Of a stretch of 64,000 nt of DNA, positions 54,027 to 64,000 are shown one piece after another (within the stretch, counting starts at the first letter, position 1; every line of letters starts with the position of its first letter). This DNA is from Bigelowiella natans CCMP2755 (taxonomy: Eukaryota; Protista; Cercozoa). The position numbers and the translations under genes were made by a program. The DNA lies in contig ADNK01001817.1 in assembly GCA_000320545.1 (NCBI GenBank), positions 111,507-175,506 of the forward strand. Direction: 5' to 3'. The notes under the pieces were generated by a model. It searched no databases and had not been told where the DNA came from. It saw only the letters and a program-made list of their open reading frames with translations.

Positions 54027-55362
54027 ATGTGGGGCGATGACGACGAAAGGGGGAATGACGAAGAACAGTTTCATCCCCCACATCTCACCTCCCACAATAA
54101 TTATTATCGACTTTTCGAAGGCAGGTTGTTGGGTAAAGGTGTCTTTTCCAAGAAAGGGAAGGCGAGAAGGGGGGGGACAGCTGCAACATCAAAGCTAAAG
54201 CGAAAGATGGGCAGCGGGCTGGTCGCGAAACCCAAGATTCCTAGGCTCAAAACAAGTACGAAGAATAACTGAACAATGAACACTAGAAATTATATTCTCA
54301 TATTCGTCCGGAGTTCCTTCCAGAAAGTTATACGTTTCTGTTAACCGCCCTCCCCCCCTCTCTTTCGATTTAGATATAAACCTTTGTCTCTCGTTTTCCA
54401 TAGGGGAGTTCAAAAAGCTGCAGAAACGGCGGGCAGCGGAGCAGCGTGAGCGTCTCGAAGGGTATAAGTTAGATGGTGCAGTGATAATCAATCAATGTTT
54501 ACTATCCATGGAGTCCAAGTAGAATAAAGCTGTGACAATAAAATGCATGATAAAATGTCTTAGAGGAGAAGATAGTTCTGATAATAAGGCGTAAATGAGT
54601 CATACCATGCATGTGACCTGGAATTACATGTGATTATAATAATATACATGAGCAATGAGTAAATATTGACCTAAATGGGAATGGCTAGTACACTCAGATG
54701 TAGTCATCTTGCCAATTTCTCCCCCTAACTCATCCTCTCCTACACTTTCCATTTTTGTTGTTTCTCTCAGCGCTGCCGTGAATCTCACTGGACTCTCTGC
54801 AAAGCAAAAACGTTTTGTGAAAAGGGCGATAAAGCGTGTACAACGAAGAGCGAAGATAAAGCGGCAGGCTTCAAAGATCATCGGTGAGTTGAGTTCTTCA
54901 TTGCAGCAGTAGTTATATAGTAGGAGAAGGTATTAGGAGAAAAGAGGAAAATCATAGATAATAAAGGGAAAACAGGAGAAACCCGAGCAGGAGTGTTTTG
55001 GGATCATCAAGTGTTTGGAGGATATTAGCTGTATGCAGCATGATTCCATATCTTATTAATCGTAGAACAACAACAACAACAACAACAAATATACTACATG
55101 TACACTACTACTACTACTACTACGACAACAACTACTACTATTAGTAGTAGCTAACTACGTCGTTGTTCTGCACCAAATATACATCCGTACCTAATACTAC
55201 CACGCAGATTCAAGGTTTCCTGGCGTGTCAATCGACCACACAGAGACGCTGTGGAAAGCACAGGTATTGCTTCCTCCATGTTGCTGCCGTATGATAATGT
55301 GCACAATATTTGTGTAAATTCTCTCAGGACTATCTCCCTCCCTTCCCCCTACCCCCTCCTCA

Positions 55363-55405
<43 letters not shown>

Positions 55406-56163
55406 GTTGGTGTTAGGTTTACTGGAACGATACAGTGATCTTCGTGGGCCGGTATCGCACGGAGAACGATGCGTGGATGGTAGCAAAGCGCTATAGGACT
55501 CAATTAGGGTATAACTACCACTATTAGTACTAATACTATTACTGCGTAAGAATTCTCGACAGTCGTAATTGTAGCAGTGGTAGTAGTAGTAGTAGTCGTC
55601 GTCGTCGTCGTCGTCGTCGTCGTTGTCACCTCTCTTAGGAGGTAGTACCAGTATAAAAGGAGTATTAGTAGCAGTAGTGATGCTCAAAATCCAACGAAGA
55701 CGGAACTACATACAAGATGTCTGCCTTCTCTTACCCCTTTCGTTCTCTCCTCTCCTCCCTCTATCCGTCCTACTATCTTTCATGTACGAATGCACACATA
55801 TGCAGGTGGCCTGAATTAAAGCCTATGCCAGCGTCTGTTTGGGAAGGTAGTAGGAATCTCACATATCTATGAACAATGTCTACTGGTGCTGCTCCCTTCT
55901 ATATAAAAACAATATATATATATATATATATATATATGTATTTATATATGCTCTTAGAGTTGGGTGGCGAGGAGGGTTCGATTCTCGCATCTGAGCTTCC
56001 GAAAGAGTACAGCTACTTGCGCATCCCCACACCAAACCCGTTACTGCATCAAAACCGCCCTAGGTTTGGGGGAGGAGGAGGAGTACGAAGTAGTGTCGAA
56101 AAGTCGGCGTCAGCAACAACGAAAGTAGCAGCACCATCACCAATGAAGGTCTTTCTTAAGTGA
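54027..56163 (+). CDS. AP2/ERF-like DNA-binding-domain protein
   Basis: Exons 55208-55263 and 55417-55508 splice to DSRFPGVSIDHTETLWKAQ|VYWNDTVIFVGRYRTENDAWMVAKRYRTQLG, matching the AP2 pattern S.(Y/F).GV......W.AQ.......+G.(Y/F).TE.-A. A basic helix (KQKRFVKRAIKRVQRRAKIKR) precedes it. In-frame exons at about 55806-55846 and 55959-56163 follow. 5' end uncertain; it could extend to about 53850 or further. Confidence 0.7.
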
Positions 56164-57673
56164 AAAAGAAAAGCGAATAATCCCTCCACACATTGTTTCA
56201 TTTCTCTCTCGAACACACTTCATGTTCTTTGTTTCTCTAAAATACTGGTGTACAACGTAAATAGCAGCAGCGATTTTTGAATCGTACCAACAGTCTAGTG
56301 GTTTGGCCAAAGCCTGAATTCAACGTTCAGCATCACAAACGGCGGCGAGCTTCGAGTACAAGCAAAAAACGGAGGTCTAAAAAAGGTCGCAGGAAGGCTG
56401 CTGCGGCGCGATACCATTAACAGTTTAGCAATTTGTAACATCTGCCTTGTTACATGTTATACTCATGGCTAACAATAGCTTCTACAACTACGATACGCAC
56501 GACGCTATGCTATACCTTCTGTGTTTGTGTTGTGCTTGTATCATCACGTACGCTCTTGCACATACGATGCAAGTGTAAGTTCATCATCATCGTTCTGCAC
56601 ACATACATTTCAGAAACTGCGATGGTGCTCGCGCTTAATCGCAAATTGTTAGTGTCGTGTTGTGTCACATCTACGACCAATCTTTTCGGGCACGCACACT
56701 GCATGCATCGTAGCATAGGCACCTAGGGCAAACCTGCTACACCAGATAGGATCGATGCGTACCGTACCGCACTGCGCCTGCATGCAAGTAGCTCCTGCCA
56801 AGAATCGCTCTGTCAGTGTGTCCCGCCACATCGCAACATTTAATCATCACGTACACAGCGTTAGATTGTATCCAGCCTACCTTGCGCGCGCAATTGTGTA
56901 TGCGCACACCACACAAAAAGTGGAGGCAGCTAGCGTGCAGAGCTTTATCATTGGTCGATTGGTCAAATGTGCTTTGCGTAGCTAGTGACGCAGCCTAGCA
57001 GCGGCTGAGCAGCACAGCATTGCAACAGTGACGGGCATTGTCTTGCGTGGCGAGAGATCGCCGCGCAATAATATCACAGCAGCGGCGATGAATAACAACT
57101 TATGCGTGTTGCTTGAAGTCCTTGCTCGTGTCGGGCGGATTTGCTGTGGTATACTACTTGCCACATATGTGAACGTCCGGCTAGCGATTTAGCACGCACA
57201 TTTCATGAAAACTTAGAAACAAATTTTTTTGTCCCGCCGTGGGCGCTGGCGTTTTATTTAACTTTGCACAGGCTGTCAAACCCCACATAGAACCTTCTCC
57301 TCCTCGCAATTGGCATGCGTTCTTAAAAACATGTAGCTATCGCTGTCCTCATAACAAGCTACGTACATGCGTATTGACCGCCGCTGCATTATGCACGCAT
57401 GCGCTTGCGCTGGCGCAAGCTAGCTGGGTAATAGCTACGTAGCTGCTGGATGCACGTTGTCGGCATTTTTGCCTGTCTTTGCGTTCACTGTCGTATCTTG
57501 TCATGCGCAATATTCAGAAAAGGTGCCTCCGATCCAGCTAGACGCACAGGGATCAAATATATACCATTGTAATTACCACAGGTCTATGCTACGAAGTCGA
57601 GACTGCATACACGTTGCATTTGTTCTTAGAGACACAGCAGCTACATTTGCCAAAAATTGCGTGCGATACGTTG

Positions 57674-57713
<40 letters not shown>

Positions 57714-57998
57714 TAGAGCGAACTACGTTCACGCGGTAATTCTATCTACTGCTCTAAGATTTTGTGGGCTTACTGTGGAAATAGATTCGTACGGCTAATG
57801 CATTATGCATGCAATATCGGTACGAAAGCACAATTAAGTATATTTTCATTTCAGTTCTACTAATTACAATGAGGTATACATGCTTTTCTGTTCCTTATAC
57901 ACTTCCGGGAACGGTTAGATGAGCTGCACGCAAATAAAGGAAAGTAGCCTACTAATCAAGCGCACTCTTATGCTACGCTAAAATCTATGTAACAGCAT

Positions 57999-58255
57999 TT
58001 ATTCAGTTTGAATAAGCATGGCGATCCAACATCCCTCTGCGGCATTGCCAGGATCTCCCACTTGTTTCTGTGCATCCTTCCAATGTAGTCTCATTGTGCG
58101 CAGGTGCCATGCTGACGTAACCAGCTTTTCCTTGCCTAATGATGGATAAACTTTCATGTATCGTCGAGAAATGGCCATCAAAACCTTGTACTTATTTCAA
58201 ATCTTTCTTCGTGCATTCAAATTTGCCTTCTCATCCTCTATCCCCCCCCCCTCTC

Positions 58256-58300
<45 letters not shown>

Positions 58301-61300
58301 GTACATATATGCATTAAATAAACACACGCACACATATTAAATATATATATATATATATATATATTATAAGTATTTTAATTCTGCGAACATCTGGCATTTC
58401 ACTCATCGTTTTATTATCACCAGAGCTCGTTTTCCCTGTGTTTAGCAGAACTGTCATGGAGGCATCGTTAGGGTTGATGCTTGTTATCTTGCCTGGGTGG
58501 GAAGAGGAGGGAGAGAAAGGATATTGATGACGACGTAAGTATGGCCAACCAGGCTGCTAAGTGTTTGATAACTAAATCTTGTTGCGACATCTTTATTCAA
58601 CCCGAACTACTGCTGCTGTTGCTGCTGCTGCAGGCTGCTACCAGTGGACTCCGTCCAGGATAGGTAGACGCTGTCCCCCGCTAGAGAACAGATACATACA
58701 CACAAACGTTCGTTAATGGAAGTCGAGTCAAGAGGAGGGAGGGGGGGAGGGGTATATTTATTATTATATAGAAGAGAGGTCCTGAAGTAAACTAATGGGA
58801 TCAATCATAGGATGAAACGCGTATGAATTAATACTGTGCATAGATGGAAATGTTGGTCCCTCTATCTTTTCCTTATCCCTTCATCTTCCCCTCCCCCCTC
58901 CCCGTTCTCTGTGTGCTCCCCATTCTCCATTCCTTGCCTCGCCTACCTTTTGGTCTTTTGAATGTCTGAGCTCCAAGTACACGATTCCAGACCTAGCACG
59001 AAGCAAGTGACCATGCCAAATAGATACCTTCAGGGCTAATGCGATTACACTCACCAAGTCTTTGCTACTCTGTGCTTCTTTTATTTAATGCTTGCTTGTA
59101 AAAGTATCTACATGCATGCATGCATGCATGTGTGTGTATAGTGTGTGTGTTTGCCAGACCTCTTCCATATTTTCAGCTGATGTTCCTAGAATTTTGTTGG
59201 CAGGCAGACAAAGAGATGCAAACAGTTTTTATGACGATGACGTGACGACGAGACGATATTTCTCGTGAAAACGTCGATGAAATTCATCCTTGGGTTGGCA
59301 AAGTAACTATGAGCTTTATGTTGCTTTCTTACTCCTCAGACATCGCCTTTGTACTACTACTACACAACTACAGCAACACCTGCAAGAATGATCTGTATTT
59401 CTACTTTTCCTTCTCCCTCTATCTCCTCCTCTTCTTATTCAAATACCTTTGGCTGCATTGATCTTGCTAAAATGGCGATTAGTATAAACAGTCCGTGTCG
59501 TTGTTGTTGATAAGGGCGAGGCAGAGGCTCCTCGTCGCTGTCCTCTAGACTGCAGATCCTCCTCTTCCTGGTGCTGCTGGTTGTGATTCAGCGAATCATC
59601 GGCAGCATCTACCGAGGGCGGCAAAGCTCCTTCAATCAAGAATAAACGTTCAGAAACGCGAGAGAGAAGAAGAGGAGATGGAGAAATGAATACTTTGTTT
59701 TGTCGACGTCTTCATCATCATGATGGCATTGCAACAGCAGTAGGGAGTAGTGGTGGGGACGATGGTGATCGTGATGATGATGATGATGATGATGACGATG
59801 ATGATAATGATGATGACTATACACATGAAAACACGGAGACTTAGTTTGTACTACCTGCTGCTGCTGCACTTGCAGGGAGTGGTGGTGATGATGACACCAC
59901 AACCTCCGCCTCAGAGAACAACTTTGAAGGCCGAAGAGGAGGTCGGGCTTGTCCTCTTGCCCCCCTCCATCTCTTACCCCCCACACTGCGGCTGTCTGCT
60001 CTCCTACTACTGGGAGGATAGTACCCACCCCTCTCATCGCTGTGAATGTTGGTTTCTCTCCTTCTGTTTCGCCTTCTTCTTCTGCCTGATCTACTGCTGC
60101 TTCTGCTTCTAAAAACAAAATATCAAGGAGTATTATGGGAGAATGCATTCATTTAGGATATTATATTATCTGCTATTTTCTGTTGTTGTTGTCTTCATCA
60201 CTGTCGTCGTTGTCGTCTCAGTAACTGCCCTCTTTTTAGTGTGCGTGGCCCTTAATAATGATGCTGTGATGATACGTTGCTACCAACTTCTTACCGAGAA
60301 TCGTCGTCTTCATCGTCTTCCCTTCCATACTCTCTATCGCTTCTTCTTCTTGTTCTCCTTCTTGTTCTATACCTACTCCTCCTTCTGATTGGGCGAGGAG
60401 AGGGCGAGGAGGAGGAATAATCTCTATCACCATCCCTGCTGGTGTAATGATGAGAAGAATGACGACGACGTCGGCGGCGATAATGATGTCGATGGCGCTT
60501 AGCATCTCTGCTATGATCGCGCTGCTGCCCCCTGTGGTCACTGCTCATTGAGCTATCATCTCTCCCATCAATGTCGTTGTTCTTCTTCCTCCTCCGCCTC
60601 CGACCCCTCTCCTTTGAATCTTCCTCCTCCTTCTCCTCCTCGTCATCATTGTCGTCTTCACTAGCGTCAGTGGAAGAATGCGAGGAAGGGAATAGGGAAG
60701 ATGTTGGACGTGTGTTCCCTACTTTATCTGCTTGCTGCTGCTGACTATTCTTCGTGTTCTTGTCTGTGTTATCTGTGTGAGTCAAAACTTTATTAAATGG
60801 CCACTGTATATCTTATATTACACAGGAGATTCTATTATTGCGTTGCCCGCAGGTGCTGGCACTGTAACAATCGAGGGGAAAGTAGTAAGGATTATAGATA
60901 ATATTGTAAGAAAATAGAACAACGATTCTTTTATTTACCGATTCTTCCGCGGTCATCATCCGAGCTGATTAGCGTTTCGTCGTCGCCCTCATCTTCCCCC
61001 ACATTATCCGCCTTACCCCCCTCTTCGGCACCACGACGAGGATTACTTTGGCTCATGTTAAGCGCTTTGGCCTGATAAATTATCGACCCATGCACGCAAA
61101 AAACGCATACAACAGAGACGGAAAAAGAAAGGAAGGCATATTTTCAGTTGCTCCACATGTAACGGTGAGTGACAATATCCGATCATTCGTTGTTTGTACC
61201 CTCTTGATCTCCTGTAGGTCGGACAGTCTCAAAGGAATCTTTCCTAATGGACACAAATACATGTATTTAAACATCACATAAATATATTTGAATGTGTGGA

Positions 61301-62195
61301 TGGGATCAATTTTCGTGTGGAAATGATTTATCCCATTAAGTTATTATTCAATAAACGTAAATGCCTCACGTACGTTCACGTATAGGGCCTGCTTTCGAGA
61401 TCCTCGCATTCGCTGTACGACAAACAAATAGATACAAGTTCGTCAAACAGCAGGAGCTTTCTTGGAACCACTGTTCCCACTCAGCCTGAGGCCTCCCAGC
61501 TATCATCAGATTCTAAGAATTTGCTTGCACTTTCTTTCGACTGCTACTACACCATTACAACAACTACTACTTCTACTTCTACTACCACCTTTACTACTAC
61601 TACTACTACTACCACTACTACTACTACTACTACCACTAGCACTGCTGATAATAATACCGTATTCATCATAAACATCCATTCCGATTGCTTGGGATGATGG
61701 TCTTCGCACCAGCGGAAAGAGGAATGACGACACAGAAGATACCAAAGATACTACTGCTGTAACCAACCTCCTCCTCTCGTGCTGCTGCTGCTGCTTCTCT
61801 TGCTGCACCCCTCCTTCCCAATGCCCTCGACAACCAGAGCGTTCTTCTTCTGTAACTTCACGTCGTTTGAGACACCGATGAGGTGATAAATCAAGATGCC
61901 CTTCGAAATGACGAACCTTTTGTGGAAATCCAGGTGGAAGCGAGCTGTCCCCAGACGTCATCGAAGTTGAGCGAGACGGAAACAAGGGCGTGCGGAACTT
62001 GGCCTGGGGGCAGAGCTTGCTGCTCGTGTCACCATCACCATTCAGATTCATAAAAGTAGACCCAAGATCCCTCGAGAGGAGGCCTTCATCAGAGTGTCTC
62101 CGGCCTGGATACAGCCAGCACAAAGCTACCAGCACAAGGGGAAACGCTACCCTCGCGTACTGGCCGCGTGCCGCCACAGGCTGGTGGTCCACCAT
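57999..62195 (-). CDS. Hypothetical multi-exon gene (possibly two genes): N-terminal targeting leader, D/E- and R/H/S-rich middle region, unrecognised C-terminal domain
   Basis: First exon (ATG 62195) has the hydrophobic VAFPLVLVALCWLY and an S/R/P-rich region. Further exons lie at about 60940-61070, 60290-60790, 59445-59640 and 57999-58190, with GT-AG boundaries. Exon linkage around 61200-61500 could not be resolved uniquely. Confidence 0.45.
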
Positions 62196-62299
62196 AATCA
62201 CGATTGTTGCGTTTTTCAGGAAGTGTCTAGCTGTAACTTTTGCCTAATGGTAAATGTATACATTGTAAGAAGTTTTAGGCATAAATAATTGACCATATT

Positions 62300-63229
62300 G
62301 CACGTGGTGACAAGGGTGAACCTGTCTTCACCGCCTTGCACTCCATCATCAAGTTTATTTCTTTTTCTTTGCATGTTGGTCGCTGCAGTTTTCGACCAAG
62401 CTCTGCTGCAGAGCAACTGATCACCAGAGTCAACTCGAGGCACTGCGTCTTGTGCTTTGCACGTGTCATGGAACACTTTGGAAATGCAGTCGATCGGTCA
62501 ACTTTCCATCTTTCTGCTGCAACTGGCCAATTCCCCGTGGGCCAGCTTGTGCGATGAGCGCGCTTGACTCGCTCCCCTTGTCCACCTGCTTGGCGCACAT
62601 CCAGCTTGTCAGCAGTGGGCACGTTGCAGAACACCTTGTGGTCGTGCCGAGTGAACACGACCTTTACAGCCTTGAACCTCAAATCTTGGCCCTCGTGGTG
62701 GATTGCACGCTCCACGCAAAGTGCACTCGTGAGCCATGATCCAAGTGGACCATGCTGTCAGCACAGCACACGCCTTCGACGAAAACGCAAAACAACAGCA
62801 GACAGGAGCATGCAAGCAGCAGCAAACAGCAGCAAACAGCAAAAAACAGCAGAGACAGGTGCACACCTTTGCCAGGTCTCTGACCCGCCACGTGACCACC
62901 TTCACCAGCGAGTCAATCGTTGACTGCCACCACTGTTCCAGAAAGGTGCAGTTTTGGCACAGTCGTGCAACAAGAAGTGTTGATGCTCCCATGTTCGCGC
63001 AAGTTTGACATGCATGTAGTCAACATGCAAGCGAGCATGAACCAAGGAAATTAGCAAATTAACTGTGCACGTAGCAGCAGGTGAGGCGGCACAGGTGCGA
63101 CAAGCATTGCCGTGACGCTTCAGCCTGCCGCGACAAGGAATGCACACGCATGTCGCACGACAAGGACTAGCCTTGTCGCGGCCTAGAAACCCAATGCAAT
63201 CACGTGTGACTGATGACAAGCTTGACACT
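62300..63229. repeat. TpA-depleted island containing a degenerate minus-strand ORF; probably a mutated mobile-element relic
   Basis: Only 2 TA in 62300-63000, both in TTTA context. The minus-strand ORF 62275-62715 is almost Tyr-free and His/Cys-rich. A (CAGCAAA)n-like tract lies at about 62790-62850 and CGACAAG inverted repeats at about 63095-63181. Confidence 0.55.
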
Positions 63230-64000
63230 TGTCAGAGGGCGGTCAACCCTCGCATGATGACCTCACAGTTCAATCTGAACACCGCTACCTGCTCGTTTGC
63301 TAGTTTTTGCTCACTGCGCGCACATCGCACCGCACCCAGCCCTCCAGTAGGTCAAGAGCCTCAAAGTGAGAAAAGTTTACCAACGAGAATTACGAGCAAT
63401 CATGTCCCAGTTGTCTTTTCTGAGCAAAGCCAAGATTCACCTGACTAGGTCAGGTAGCAACTTCAACCATTACGCCTTCACGATGAAAGCTGTTTTCGCG
63501 GCCGAAAACATGATCGATTGTTTCGAAATGGCGAAACCATCGACCACGGCTAACAGGCCGGCGAAACTTATCAACGTGATTAAGAATCCGGAGTACTGCA
63601 GGGAGGTGGCCCGGATTAGCGAGACCGAAGCTAAAATCTGGCGCGGAGGTGTACCTGCTACGAGCGCCGACGATGAGGCCAATGTGAGGGCCTACGCCGC
63701 GATTTGTCTAACTGTACACTCCGCCCACCAACACCTACTCGATAACTCCGGAGGCCTTGCAGCTGTCGCCTGGGCTCGTCTAACGGAGAGGTTCAAGCCT
63801 ACCGATAACGCGTCCATGCATGAGTTGAATAGTAGCCTACAACAAGCCTCCATCGAAAATTTCGATCACGACGTAGAGGCATATTATTCTAAATTCGTTA
63901 CCATCTGCGGAAGGCTGGCCAACGCGAACCAGCCTGTCAGCGAGCAGATGCAGATAACCTGTTTCATAAATGGGTTAAAACCAAAGAAGAAATATAAGGC
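63230..64000 (+). mobile_element. 5' end of a Ty1/copia LTR retrotransposon (short LTR, PBS, gag); continues beyond the window
   Basis: Candidate LTR 63230-63349 has imperfect inverted ends TGTCAGAGGGC...GCCCTCCAGTA. It is followed directly by GGTCAAGAGCCT, resembling the half-tRNAiMet PBS GGTTATG(G/A)GCCC of copia-type elements, and then by the gag ORF. Confidence 0.8.
63402..64000 (+). CDS. gag: Ty1/copia Gag (UBN2/Retrotran_gag_2-like), open to the window end
   Basis: Uninterrupted frame from ATG 63402: MSQLSFLSKAKIHLTRSGSNFNHYAFTMKAVF...RAYAAICLTVHSAHQHLL...AAVAWARLTERF...DVEAYYSKFVTICGRLANANQPVSEQMQITCFINGL. This follows the copia Gag pattern. It is absent from the ORF track because it has no stop within the window. 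Confidence 0.85.
   Translation, partial: MSQLSFLSKAKIHLTRSGSNFNHYAFTMKAVFAAENMIDCFEMAKPSTTANRPAKLINVIKNPEYCREVARISETEAKIWRGGVPATSADDEANVRAYAAICLTVHSAHQHLLDNSGGLAAVAWARLTERFKPTDNASMHELNSSLQQASIENFDHDVEAYYSKFVTICGRLANANQPVSEQMQITCFINGLKPKKKYK

Noticed and set aside
54118-54135. Possible GC splice donor in the AP2 gene
   Set aside because: A canonical donor in the same phase (TTG G|GTAAAG) lies a few bases downstream.
62300-63000. CpG-methylation decay or fungal-type RIP as the cause of the TG/CA richness
   Set aside because: CG remains frequent and TA is nearly absent. Both processes would deplete CG or CA and increase TA.
62264-63349. Whole 1.1-kb region as the copia 5' LTR (TGT at 62264)
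   Set aside because: The shorter 63230-63349 segment has matching inverted ends and abuts the PBS, and the longer region contains a relic ORF. Not fully excluded without the 3' LTR.

Overview
Eukaryotic nuclear DNA: intron-rich, with GT-AG introns packed with (TA)n, (CA)n, (GA)n, (TAG)n and (CAT)n microsatellites. Several genes start with a signal peptide plus a transit-peptide-like leader, which suggests an alga with a secondary plastid (chlorarachniophyte-like; inference only). I can support about 13 protein-coding genes, in almost strictly alternating orientation: the 3' end of a filamin/PA14 repeat protein (+), an RBBP9/YdeN-like hydrolase that has lost its catalytic Ser and His (-), a bacterial/fungal-type phytoene desaturase CrtI with a plastid-type leader (+), a SpoU/TrmH RNA methyltransferase (-), MYBBP1A/Pol5 (+), DUS2 (-), a protein with an EF-hand-like domain and low-complexity tail (+), a DUF445-type membrane protein (-), a UvrD/PcrA helicase with a leader ending in LQLRGG (+), an intronless F1-ATPase alpha paralog with a degenerate P-loop (-), a hypothetical gene (-), an AP2-domain protein (+) and another leader-bearing hypothetical gene (-). 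The window ends in the 5' LTR, primer-binding site (PBS) and gag of a Ty1/copia element. Two observations stand out. First, two islands (about 49920-50550 and 62300-63230) have almost no TpA while CpG persists, and a relic ORF in one of them reads as if Tyr became His/Cys; this suggests TpA-directed (A-to-G) hypermutation of repeats. Second, a short dispersed element with target-duplication-like flanks occurs only in spacers between convergent genes. Exon boundaries and dinucleotide counts were read by eye and are approximate.
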